Below, one piece after another: positions 50,942 to 60,037 of a stretch of 61,491 nucleotides of DNA. The notes below the pieces were generated by a model. It saw only the letters and a list, made by a program, of their open reading frames with translations. It made no database searches and was not told the DNA's origin. Origin of the DNA: an uncultured bacterium (GTDB lineage Bacteria; JAJVIF01; JAPKYR01). A program made the translations under genes and the position numbers. The stretch is from contig CBDURU010000006.1 of NCBI GenBank assembly GCA_965369865.1, positions 1 to 61,491 on the forward strand. The letters run 5' to 3'. How positions within the stretch are numbered: position 1 is the stretch's first letter; each line of letters begins with the position of its first letter.

Positions 50942-51808
50942 ATGACTGATGGATTCATCGTGACAACTGACAGCTTGAGCATAACTGTCGAGACGGAATC
51001 ATTTACGGTTGTCTTTTCAAAGGAGCATTGCGGGATAACCTCTTTCAAGTACAAAACCGGTAGTATCTGGCATGAATGCGTAGAGCCTGGCATCGCTTCT
51101 CCCATACTTCTGGGACCGTACCTGTATTGCGACGATATTACCGGGGATTACCTGTATCCATCGGGTGGATACCATAATTCCGTCGTGGTCGAAACCCCAT
51201 GGTTCGTAAGTATTAACCAGGATGGATATCTACGGAACAGCTCGATACCGGGGTTTACAGACCTTGATTACCGGGTTCAATGGAATATCTGGCCATCGGG
51301 ACGGATCGCGTGCAACATGACGTTGACAAACAATTACGGTTCGACACTGGTACTGGATGAGGACGCGTACCGTATGGATCCCGCGGACGACCCGGACATT
51401 AATCTCGATCGGGACACTTACCCATACCTGTTCTGGTTTGGATTTTACTCGAACAATACGGGCAACGGTGCAAATGATCTGTCCGGCGATGGGATTACGG
51501 TTTCATACAGGATGCGCCTCACGAATTACGAGGTTTCGGGGAACACAAACAGGATCTTCCGGACATCGTTTCTCTGGGATGACCGCACCGGCATCGACCA
51601 GGAGTTTCTTCTTGCGCTCTCCCTATACGGAAGTTGGGGTGACTGTACAAACTCAACGGATATCCATAATCGAGGAGACTCTTTGAGTGATGATTTGCAA
51701 TATCCTGATCCACTGGACGGTTCGTTCAATGCCGGGGATGTGATCGTCGGGTCTTTAGTGGGCGACGGTTTCGATAGCAAATTGAGTGCCTATGTAGTCA
51801 GCACATAG
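50942..51808 (+). CDS. Hypothetical beta-sandwich protein in the virion cluster
   Basis: 288-aa aromatic-rich ORF, co-oriented. Confidence 0.5.
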   Translation: MTDGFIVTTDSLSITVETESFTVVFSKEHCGITSFKYKTGSIWHECVEPGIASPILLGPYLYCDDITGDYLYPSGGYHNSVVVETPWFVSINQDGYLRNSSIPGFTDLDYRVQWNIWPSGRIACNMTLTNNYGSTLVLDEDAYRMDPADDPDINLDRDTYPYLFWFGFYSNNTGNGANDLSGDGITVSYRMRLTNYEVSGNTNRIFRTSFLWDDRTGIDQEFLLALSLYGSWGDCTNSTDIHNRGDSLSDDLQYPDPLDGSFNAGDVIVGSLVGDGFDSKLSAYVVST

Positions 51809-51854
51809 ATCGAACATTGAATGTGCCATTTTAATATTTTTACCCAACCATGCC

Positions 51855-52568
51855 ATGGATAACCTGATAAGAATAAAACTCGATCCCAAACGTGGAGATG
51901 CAGTACATTACGATTTCATCAGGCCGTGTTTTACCGTTCATAACTGGCCTGGTGACGAAGTGGATGCCTGGTTCAGTGATGATAACGGATCGACATGGGA
52001 TAAGCTCGACAGCGCCGAATTCAAGTCGGGATATGACTTCGGGCTGAAAAGGCTTTATATTTCTCTCCTTTTTGATGTTAATACAATCAGCCAGCTCGCA
52101 CTGTTTGGATCCGGGGGTACAAATGTCGGTGTGGGATTTACGCTGACTGATTACGATCTCATCCCGGTCGGGTGGAATTCAGAGGGCGCGCACGGCCTGG
52201 TAATTAATGTGGGCTGCAGTGTCGGAAATGATTTTGCATGCGAGACAGGCACAGGCGTAACTATCCAGGGGAATCACGAAAAAAATTGTCCGGTCGGGTA
52301 TTTTGTTAAAAGGCCATATGAGAAAAATTTCCCCACGGGATTTAAAATAGCCGCTCCGAACGACACAATCGTGCCGGCCGGATTCAATCTCGGGACGGTG
52401 CTCACGGAGTCACAGGGAATAGGTGTGACAATTATGGGGTTGTCCGAGTTCGGGATGAGTTTCTTCTCACTCGATCAGAAGACGGTCAATGCCCTGAGTG
52501 GTGAGGCGGTTCACAACAAACAAAAAACAATGACCTTGAACGGTACAACGTCGGAGGACCTGGATTAA
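51855..52568 (+). CDS. Hypothetical protein in the virion cluster
   Basis: 237 aa with repeated (P)xG(F/W/Y) motifs; the stop overlaps the next start. Confidence 0.5.
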   Translation: MDNLIRIKLDPKRGDAVHYDFIRPCFTVHNWPGDEVDAWFSDDNGSTWDKLDSAEFKSGYDFGLKRLYISLLFDVNTISQLALFGSGGTNVGVGFTLTDYDLIPVGWNSEGAHGLVINVGCSVGNDFACETGTGVTIQGNHEKNCPVGYFVKRPYEKNFPTGFKIAAPNDTIVPAGFNLGTVLTESQGIGVTIMGLSEFGMSFFSLDQKTVNALSGEAVHNKQKTMTLNGTTSEDLD

Positions 52569-54952
52569 TGAGCCTTTGGGACAAAATTGAGGTGGTTTCC
52601 CCTGACGGTGAAACCACATATATTGAGGATGTCGATTTCGTAATCGATTATGAGAACGACACGATAGCCCGGCTTGAAGATGGAAATATCCCCGATGGCG
52701 GCCAGGTGGTGGTCCGGTATGGGTTAGGGGTTCCGGGCGATGTTCTTACAAGCCTGCAAACAGATGGGGCCGCTGTCCTTCGACCCGTTAAGGCTTTATT
52801 GAAGATATTGCCGTCTGCAGGAGCCGATCTTTTTACGGTTGGGACCGATATATCTGATAAGTGCGTCCGGGTTGATTTTGTACAGAAGCTTGGATTGAGT
52901 CCACATTACATTGAGATTACCCTATCAGACCTTGATCTTTATACAAGTTGTAATCCCACTGATGATGTAATTATCGGTATTGCGATTGGCGAAGTTGATA
53001 CGGGTGGCGTGACTCATTACACGGAATGCTTCCGGGGACTCGTTACTGAACGGGATTTTATTTCGAATAAAAATGGTTCCCATCATGTTCGTATAAGAGT
53101 CGAGGATTTTTCAGTTTCGCTTGATGCACCCAGGCAGGAAGCGCTCGGCAGGACGTGGCACCCAAGGCTCAGGCGTGAGGTTTTCAGGAATGGAGTGATT
53201 ATCGCCGACGATTACCGCGAGATAAGGTCGATGAATATATATGGCGACGTGGACTTTGATGACATTATCGAACTTCACTTCGCTAATGAATATCCACGGG
53301 CACACCAGGTTATTAGGGATTGTTTCGACTTAGCGGGAAGCCAGCACCTGTCGAAGCTGGTTATCGACTGTCTTGATTTCCCGGTTCTGTACATGGATGG
53401 GATGGAAAAAACCCCGGGGGATGTGATCAGGGAGATTGCGTCGCTTGCAGGCGCGAGCGTGTATGCGGATGGGACAACCCTGATTATCAGTGAGAACGGG
53501 TTTCCGGATGAGTTCAAAACAGCGTGGATTTACGATGCTTTGACAGTACTCGATGAAAGCGAGAGGAATCGGAGCGAAAATAATTACTCTGCCGTCCAGA
53601 TATTCGGGCACAGCGAGACGAGCCGGCTTCCGACGAGGTCAATTTATATCCCTCCAACGGATTTCATGCATCCGGGATGGATTCGTGTCCTGGACGAGGA
53701 AGGCACCCTGGAACCATCGGAGCCCGTTCGAACCGATGAAATTCCCCAGCCGGCGGAGCTCGTTTTCCAGCTCGATGGGGAATTGTACGAGCCTTCGACC
53801 ATTACAGTTGTCGGCGGGGAACTGGCATCGCGTCCCACGCTTGAAACCATCGAGGGCAAGCCTGTAATTAACGTAACGGTTTTAATCGAGTGGATGGTCG
53901 AGGACAAGGCCGGAGAATGCCCATATATAGAAGATGAAGATGGGAACAGGCTGTTCAGGATTCTCGGGCGGGTTTTCGACGCCATCCCGAATTCGGAAGG
54001 TGTGCATATCCCGATCGCGCATGCATCGGTATGTCGCGAGCGCCTTGATGGCGACGAACAGGGTGAAATTTTCGATGTAAGCGCGGATGAAAATGGCGCA
54101 TACGTGTTCGAGATTGTACCCTTGGGGATTTACAGGATTATCGCTGACGCACCAGGCTATATCGATAATTTTTCAGATGACGACCCTGATAACGATGAAA
54201 TAAGGGATCTCCACCAGGAACTTATTGAATATGAAGAGGAGATTGAGGCCGGAAGGTTTGAGAAACAGGCTACTGATTACCACGTCATAGTTTGGGCAAG
54301 GCCGAAGATTTCGGCGGGTCCCCTTGCGGATTTGATCGTAAGCCAGGTGCTTCTCGAAGTCCGTGATTCGGGTACCCGGACCGGCGAACCGCTCGTTTAC
54401 GGACCGCCGGTACGTGATGAAAGGATTACTACCGAGGTCATGGCAAGGAGGATCGGACAAATTTTACTTGCCGGTTCGGACCAGGAATCGCCGTCGGTAA
54501 AGTTAAGGCTTCCATTGAATCGATGGTTGAGAGCGGGGGACGGAGTCCGTATTACGGGTGACATCCTGGATCTCAACCTGCCCGCAAGCAGGGAATTCCA
54601 GGTAACAGGTGTGAAGAAAGTATTCGAACCGGAGACGGGAAAGTCATGGGATATAGTCTCAAGCGCCCCTGACAAAACCGGGGCTATATTTACAAAGAGA
54701 TTGGGTGACGATCCGCTGGACACTCGTGTCGGCACTGTGATCGCTGTTTACCGTAACGAGCTTGGCGGACGGGTATACGATGTATCCGCTTCAGGGACGA
54801 CCCTGTTTGGTTTAAAGCCTTACCCGCTTCTTGGAGAAGTTATGGTTGGCGAAACGGTTCAGATCGCTCGTGCAACGAAAGGTGCGATGAGTTATCTGAT
54901 CGTCGCGAGGACAACCGAAGTTTTTCCTGAAGAGAGAATCTGTTATGTCTGA
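52568..54952 (+). CDS. Putative tail hub/baseplate (gp27/Tal-like) multidomain protein
   Basis: FRGLV....VRIRVED, IREIASLAG..VYADG and L.AGD.VRI patterns; carboxypeptidase-regulatory-like insert (ADENGAYVF..VPLG.Y.I.ADAPGY); OB-like C-terminus. Confidence 0.55.
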   Translation: MSLWDKIEVVSPDGETTYIEDVDFVIDYENDTIARLEDGNIPDGGQVVVRYGLGVPGDVLTSLQTDGAAVLRPVKALLKILPSAGADLFTVGTDISDKCVRVDFVQKLGLSPHYIEITLSDLDLYTSCNPTDDVIIGIAIGEVDTGGVTHYTECFRGLVTERDFISNKNGSHHVRIRVEDFSVSLDAPRQEALGRTWHPRLRREVFRNGVIIADDYREIRSMNIYGDVDFDDIIELHFANEYPRAHQVIRDCFDLAGSQHLSKLVIDCLDFPVLYMDGMEKTPGDVIREIASLAGASVYADGTTLIISENGFPDEFKTAWIYDALTVLDESERNRSENNYSAVQIFGHSETSRLPTRSIYIPPTDFMHPGWIRVLDEEGTLEPSEPVRTDEIPQPAELVFQLDGELYEPSTITVVGGELASRPTLETIEGKPVINVTVLIEWMVEDKAGECPYIEDEDGNRLFRILGRVFDAIPNSEGVHIPIAHASVCRERLDGDEQGEIFDVSADENGAYVFEIVPLGIYRIIADAPGYIDNFSDDDPDNDEIRDLHQELIEYEEEIEAGRFEKQATDYHVIVWARPKISAGPLADLIVSQVLLEVRDSGTRTGEPLVYGPPVRDERITTEVMARRIGQILLAGSDQESPSVKLRLPLNRWLRAGDGVRITGDILDLNLPASREFQVTGVKKVFEPETGKSWDIVSSAPDKTGAIFTKRLGDDPLDTRVGTVIAVYRNELGGRVYDVSASGTTLFGLKPYPLLGEVMVGETVQIARATKGAMSYLIVARTTEVFPEERICYV

Positions 54953-55994
54953 ACTCAAAATTAAAAACTCCGGTGAAATCCCTCTTCATAATACCAGCGC
55001 GATAGGACTCCAGCCGGAAACCGGTGGGATAGGGCTGTATAAACCGGGCGATGATGGATGGATTGTCGGGATCCGGTTGATTGTCGATCTAAGGCATTTT
55101 CGCAAACAGGGTTCAACGAGCGGGTTTATGACACTCAACAAGCTGGAGCTGGTCATTCCAGGAGAGAACGGGATGTATACCGGCAGGATCGAAGGCTGGG
55201 ACCATTACAAGACCTATGGTTACACGGAATTATACAAGCCTGTCGTATGCCAGTTGCTGCCCGATCACCCGGAATGGACGACATTTGCCTGGCTGGACGC
55301 TCCGGGTGTTGACGACCCGTATTTTTATTTCGGCTGGGGACTTCGTAACGACTTGATGCCGCCGAATGGTTATCGCAGGAGATCTGTTGTTGCATACATG
55401 GGTGTGAATTTCCCGATCAGGGACGGTATTCGTCCTTCGTTTACAGAAATCCCTCCCGAGGACTGGCTGAAAGAGCATATGACAGATTCCGCTCCAGCGG
55501 GAACCTGGGAATTAAAGGCCGATGTGTCGGGGTTTACAGTCGACGAGGGAGTGATGAAAGAAACACATGCGGTGTTTCGCATAATGGAGGGTCGTTCGAG
55601 GTTTATTATTGGCGAGCTGGATTTCGTAAAACATGGTGATATATGGGTTGGTGAATCCGACCAGAATTTATCCGGTGTGTTTTGGGGATCGGGTCAGGAC
55701 CCGGGACTTCTTAAGATTCTGTCAGGCCCTGCGAAAAATAGGGAATTCAGGATAGTTGGCAGTTTTTATTCTGGCGAGAATCCACCTCCGGGGTTTCCAC
55801 CAAATACCTGGTGTCTGAAAATTCATTTCGATGACGGCAAACCATCGAGTTTCGGTGTGACGGCCGGTACGGAGTACCGGTTGACAAGTCCGTTTATCAA
55901 GCAGGTTTTGAAACTGGTTGAATATTACGAAAAGTTTGGACCGGGAGTATACCCGCCGCAGAACCTTCACTGGGAGTTTATACCGATCTTGTAG
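54945..55994 (+). CDS. Hypothetical protein (possible receptor-binding/tail accessory)
   Basis: 349-aa ORF overlapping the hub stop; aromatic- and Gly/Pro-rich. Confidence 0.45.
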   Translation: MSELKIKNSGEIPLHNTSAIGLQPETGGIGLYKPGDDGWIVGIRLIVDLRHFRKQGSTSGFMTLNKLELVIPGENGMYTGRIEGWDHYKTYGYTELYKPVVCQLLPDHPEWTTFAWLDAPGVDDPYFYFGWGLRNDLMPPNGYRRRSVVAYMGVNFPIRDGIRPSFTEIPPEDWLKEHMTDSAPAGTWELKADVSGFTVDEGVMKETHAVFRIMEGRSRFIIGELDFVKHGDIWVGESDQNLSGVFWGSGQDPGLLKILSGPAKNREFRIVGSFYSGENPPPGFPPNTWCLKIHFDDGKPSSFGVTAGTEYRLTSPFIKQVLKLVEYYEKFGPGVYPPQNLHWEFIPIL

Positions 55995-56008
55995 ATTGCG
56001 AGGTTGTC

Positions 56009-56491
56009 ATGAGAAAAGGACCGCACCTTATTTTATACAACAGGACAAATACCGAGCGCATTACAGCTCTTGATTTCGGGACCCTTCGGCCGAATGTAAC
56101 AAGCCGGGAGATCGAGGTCTGGGTCTGGAACAAGAAGGATTTCGACGATGCCCCTACTGCGATCGATGTCAGGGTCGGTGTTCTGGCCGCGAACGGTATT
56201 GCTGGTGATATTGTTGCCGGCAGGTATATTGAAGTTCGTTCAGACGGAATACAAGATCCAGACGGCAGGATATTATATGATGATTTTGAAACCAGTTTCA
56301 CTGGAATTGGCGGGGAATTGACCGAATCCGGCGCGTATCATTCGATTGGGGATATCCCGACTAATTGCGCGAGGCGTCTTGTTTTCAGGGTCAATCCACC
56401 CGAGAGTTTTTCGCATGCCGGAATTCCGCGGTTTCATCTCCGGATCGGATGTTTTTCCGAAGATGTGAAATGGTTGTATGTAAAAGATTAA
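56009..56491 (+). CDS. Hypothetical beta-sandwich protein
   Basis: LDFG.L.P...S.E..VWVWN Ig-like pattern and a GAGG RBS. Confidence 0.5.
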   Translation: MRKGPHLILYNRTNTERITALDFGTLRPNVTSREIEVWVWNKKDFDDAPTAIDVRVGVLAANGIAGDIVAGRYIEVRSDGIQDPDGRILYDDFETSFTGIGGELTESGAYHSIGDIPTNCARRLVFRVNPPESFSHAGIPRFHLRIGCFSEDVKWLYVKD

Positions 56492-56533
56492 GGGATCCCC
56501 ATAAATCCTATTTGTATTGGATGGTGAAAATAC

Positions 56534-56893
56534 ATGGCTGATCAGCTTTTTGAATTAATTAACACGATTGCGGAAAGTCCGAATTCGGCACTGATGATCT
56601 GCCTGGCAATGATTGTCGTGCTTTCCTGGGGATGGTGGCGACGTGAGCAGGGACATGTAACCCGTTACGATACCCTTCGCTCGGAATGGATCACGAGAGA
56701 AAACGCTTACCTTGAAAGCCTTGGTGAGCGTGATAACGATGTCAGCGCACTTGGAAGAGAAACATTTACGGTGCTGCAGGATGTCGCCATGGCACTTGCG
56801 GGAATGGAACGTACACTGGATAGTGTGGATACGATGGTGCATATGGTTGTAAACAGAAAACTGCGCGGGGAGGATCGAGATGAAAAATCTTAA
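56534..56893 (+). CDS. Holin-like single-TM coiled-coil protein
   Basis: One TM helix ending WGWWRRE, then a coiled coil; at the end of the virion operon. Confidence 0.45.
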   Translation: MADQLFELINTIAESPNSALMICLAMIVVLSWGWWRREQGHVTRYDTLRSEWITRENAYLESLGERDNDVSALGRETFTVLQDVAMALAGMERTLDSVDTMVHMVVNRKLRGEDRDEKS

Positions 56894-57005
56894 AATGAAT
56901 CCAAAGAGGTTGCTTGGACTTACGAGGGCCTGGAGCGCGTATATCCGTGTACTCGTCCAGGCTATTATCCAAAGACAATCGAAGATATCCGGCCTGGTTG
57001 AGTGA
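56880..57005 (+). CDS. Small 41-aa basic amphipathic ORF (not in the ORF track)
   Basis: GGGGAGG RBS at 56867; MKNLKMNPKRLLGLTRAWSAYIRVLVQAIIQRQSKISGLVE. Confidence 0.4.
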   Translation: MKNLKMNPKRLLGLTRAWSAYIRVLVQAIIQRQSKISGLVE

Positions 57006-57265
57006 TGGAAATATTTTTGGATTAATCAATATTTGATTAGATAGCGACCAGGGTTATATCTATCCAAACAGGCTAAGTAACCCTTGAACTAAATTGGAGC
57101 AAACCTTGTCTTAATATCAGAGGTTAAAAATCTTGGAATTGTATTTTGTTCTAGTAAAGCAGTGTATTTAGGATTATAATAATAAATATCGCATCCTTGA
57201 CCGGATCACCACAGATTCATTATGTTCCTAAAATAATCCAATTCACATTTTGTTATTTAAGAAAA

Positions 57266-58090
57266 ATGGAAAGAACATTACCTGATTTCGAAGACCCGCC
57301 GGTAGTTGAAGTGGCCCTCTCTGTCCAATTTGAGAAATTAACTGGACTGAGATCTCAGCACATTGGCTTACTATGGTTAGAATATAAGCACGACGACTAC
57401 CCAGAAATTGAGGAACAACAACCTATTGGTCCAGTTAATGAAACTTTCCCAAGTTTTGGCCAACCAACTCCAAAGTTCAGGCTGGAATTTCAGGAATCAC
57501 CCAGTTTACCAAGATTTTGGTTTTTAAATTCTCAGCAAAGCAGATTAATCCAAATTCAGAATGATCGATTTGTATACAACTGGCGTAAGGCAGGGGAAGA
57601 TGAGACCTATCCGCATTTTGATGAGGTGAAAGAATGTTTTATTGGTGCATATGATACATTTATTAAGTTTATAAGTGATCAGAAAATAGGTGAGATAATA
57701 CCTAATCAGTGTGAAGTCACATATGTAAACATTATACCATTAGAGGGTGAGATGAGTTCACATAGAGATATTGATAAGGTGATAACTGTTTTCAATAGAG
57801 AATATTCTGAGAGTTTCCCGCTAGAACTTGAAAACGCTCAGATAGTAATGAGACACATTATTAATAATTCATCTGATCAAGCAATTGGTAGGTTGCATAT
57901 CTCATTGGACCCCGTTGTGGGCCTGGGAAATGAAAAAGCATTTTTATTAAAACTAATAGCTAGAGGAAAACCTGAAGAACCGGACCTGGGTAGTACACTT
58001 AAATTCTTTGACCTTGGCAATGAAATGATAGTAACCTGCTTCACGTCAATTACCACCAAATCAATGCATGATGTCTGGAGGAGAAAATGA
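57266..58090 (+). CDS. TIGR04255 family protein
   Basis: LPDF..PPVVEV..SVQF, RFWF, LIQIQ.DRF.YNWRK....YP.F and YVN.I; AT-rich. Confidence 0.75.
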   Translation: MERTLPDFEDPPVVEVALSVQFEKLTGLRSQHIGLLWLEYKHDDYPEIEEQQPIGPVNETFPSFGQPTPKFRLEFQESPSLPRFWFLNSQQSRLIQIQNDRFVYNWRKAGEDETYPHFDEVKECFIGAYDTFIKFISDQKIGEIIPNQCEVTYVNIIPLEGEMSSHRDIDKVITVFNREYSESFPLELENAQIVMRHIINNSSDQAIGRLHISLDPVVGLGNEKAFLLKLIARGKPEEPDLGSTLKFFDLGNEMIVTCFTSITTKSMHDVWRRK

Positions 58091-58611
58091 CTTCAGGAGC
58101 GATTCCATCTACACCTTATTACCCAAGGGGTTTAATTGATAAAGAATATCAAGCATTTGATATTTCAACCATGCCAAGAATGCCAAATCTTACAGAGAGA
58201 GTCGAAATCATCCAAAATACAGAGGTAGAAGACATAATTAAGATAATCCCAGATAAGACCAACCTTGATTGGATTGGGTCTGTAATTGAAAGGCTAAATT
58301 ATTTGACAAATTTACCTGTCAATTGGTGTTCCCCAAATGCTTTACCGATTAATCGGAAGATAGCTATTGGGCTTCTAGAGCTTATTTTCAAGATCATTAC
58401 TAGTGAAATGCCAGAGCCGTTTATTGGGCCAATGGAAAACGGCTCACTTCAAATTTCATGGCATACCAATGGGGTTGATCTCGAGATAGAATTCCAAACT
58501 CCTGAGATTATCTCGGTATATTACGAAAAGGGTGGGGATTTTGAAGAATGGGAAACAACAGTCCTCAATGATTTGGATAGATTAAAGAGTAAAATCGACC
58601 AGCTCTCTTAA
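58087..58611 (+). CDS. Hypothetical protein (L..L..NW...A.P / P.I.P..NGS.Q.SW pattern)
   Basis: Translationally coupled (ATGA) to the TIGR04255 gene. Confidence 0.6.
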   Translation: MTSGAIPSTPYYPRGLIDKEYQAFDISTMPRMPNLTERVEIIQNTEVEDIIKIIPDKTNLDWIGSVIERLNYLTNLPVNWCSPNALPINRKIAIGLLELIFKIITSEMPEPFIGPMENGSLQISWHTNGVDLEIEFQTPEIISVYYEKGGDFEEWETTVLNDLDRLKSKIDQLS

Positions 58612-58621
58612 AGGAGAATTA

Positions 58622-59083
58622 GTGGAGGGCATGGCAGATGATCCAAAAGAGCTTAGTCCTGAAATCCCAGAAAGCGCTACATTATGGCGGTTAATTCACA
58701 AGACTTGGGTTCATAAGGATTCTAATCCCGACCAGAATAGGTATAGACCAGAATCTTTAGCTTTTAAGCCTAAATCTGGTCGCATATCAGTCTGTATAGC
58801 AGATGAGATACTGGCAGATGGATTATCACCCGCTGATTTTCTTAATACTGTAAAAGATCATTTTCCGGATTCTGGTATAGCCTCAATATCTGTTAGTCAG
58901 GTTAAGGCTTTGGGAATAAAAGTAGTCCGATCGTTTTCTGAAATTATCCCTGCCCACGCTGAATTAGTTGTACCAAAAGTTCCAAAATCAAAATCAAAAA
59001 AAATTAAAAGTGATCTAGCAAAAGCATCAGTTTGGGTTGTTGCACCACCTGGTTACGAAACAAAAATCGTTATTGGCTCTTAA
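58622..59083 (+). CDS. Putative ADP-ribosyltransferase/RES-like fold protein
   Basis: LWR...P.S.AF....ISV...GIASISV...HAEL pattern. Confidence 0.45.
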   Translation: MEGMADDPKELSPEIPESATLWRLIHKTWVHKDSNPDQNRYRPESLAFKPKSGRISVCIADEILADGLSPADFLNTVKDHFPDSGIASISVSQVKALGIKVVRSFSEIIPAHAELVVPKVPKSKSKKIKSDLAKASVWVVAPPGYETKIVIGS

Positions 59084-59114
59084 ATCTCTTTCACGCCTCT
59101 AGGGCAATTCCTAC

Positions 59115-59981
59115 TCACTCGCGCCAGGTATATCTTCGTTTTCTTCTTGTTCCGGTCGATGGTGGTGTGTGCCTGGGGGTCGATCCTGTACCGGCTACCC
59201 GTCCCCGCTTGACAGGTTTATGCAAGAAATCAAGCCCTGAATAAAACCGGTCGCCCGGATACCAGGTAATTTTCTTCAGCCCCTGGAGAAGCGCGGCGAA
59301 TACAAGCCCGCCCAGAAACCCTCCGATGTGTGCCATGAACGCGATATTGCTTCCGCTTTCGGCGAAACCACCGAGTAGCTGGAGCAGGAACCAGAGCCCG
59401 AGATATATGATCGCGGGAATAGAGGTAGTGCGGAAATAGAACCTCCAGCCCATAAGTGTCCGGATTGTACTTCTCGGGAACATATAGATGTATGCTCCCA
59501 TCACACCCGCGATCGCGCCGGACGCCCCCACTGCCGGAATAGTCGAATCGTGCTGGAACATTACATGCATTATTCCCGCGATGAGACCGCAGACGATGTA
59601 AAAAATCGGGAACATGAATTTTCCGAGACGGTCCTCGACATTGTCGCCGAACAGCCACAGAAACCACATGTTGCCGATGAGATGAAACCATCCGCCGTGC
59701 AGGAACATGGAGGAAAAAAGCGTAATAATTGGTGGCGCAAAGGTTTTAATTTCAACCCCGGCATTTATCATATATTCACTGATAACCGACCCATACTGAA
59801 GTGTGCTGTCATCGGATGTAAAAAACCTCGCGGGGATGGTGCCGTAGGAAAAAATTGTCCGGATATAGTGTTCGAATCCTGCAGTGTACGACAGGACGAA
59901 AACAACTACGTTGGCAATAATCAGGATTAAGATCCAGATCGGCGGTGAGAAGGTTTTGGTATCGTCGGCGTACGGTAGCAT
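59115..59981 (-). CDS. Rhomboid family intramembrane serine protease
   Basis: SMFLHGG..HL.GNM.FL, GASGA and AHIGG. Confidence 0.92.
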   Translation of the reverse strand: MLPYADDTKTFSPPIWILILIIANVVVFVLSYTAGFEHYIRTIFSYGTIPARFFTSDDSTLQYGSVISEYMINAGVEIKTFAPPIITLFSSMFLHGGWFHLIGNMWFLWLFGDNVEDRLGKFMFPIFYIVCGLIAGIMHVMFQHDSTIPAVGASGAIAGVMGAYIYMFPRSTIRTLMGWRFYFRTTSIPAIIYLGLWFLLQLLGGFAESGSNIAFMAHIGGFLGGLVFAALLQGLKKITWYPGDRFYSGLDFLHKPVKRGRVAGTGSTPRHTPPSTGTRRKRRYTWRE

Positions 59982-60037
59982 TGTGATTCCAGACTGCTGT
60001 TATGGATTTATTACCGTCTTATTTCCCAAGAATGAGC

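Larger units (their letters stand above)
43519..57005 (+). mobile_element. Phage-derived virion structural gene cluster (GTA-like / domesticated or cryptic prophage)
   Basis: Co-oriented portal-protease-DUF2190-capsid-neck-tail-holin order; no integrase, terminase or replication genes recognised. Confidence 0.8.

Noticed and set aside
43519..57005. Complete inducible prophage or contractile injection system (eCIS/tailocin/T6SS)
   Set aside because: No integrase, terminase or replication genes or att sites were recognised. There are no sheath or baseplate wedge genes, and a head module is present.
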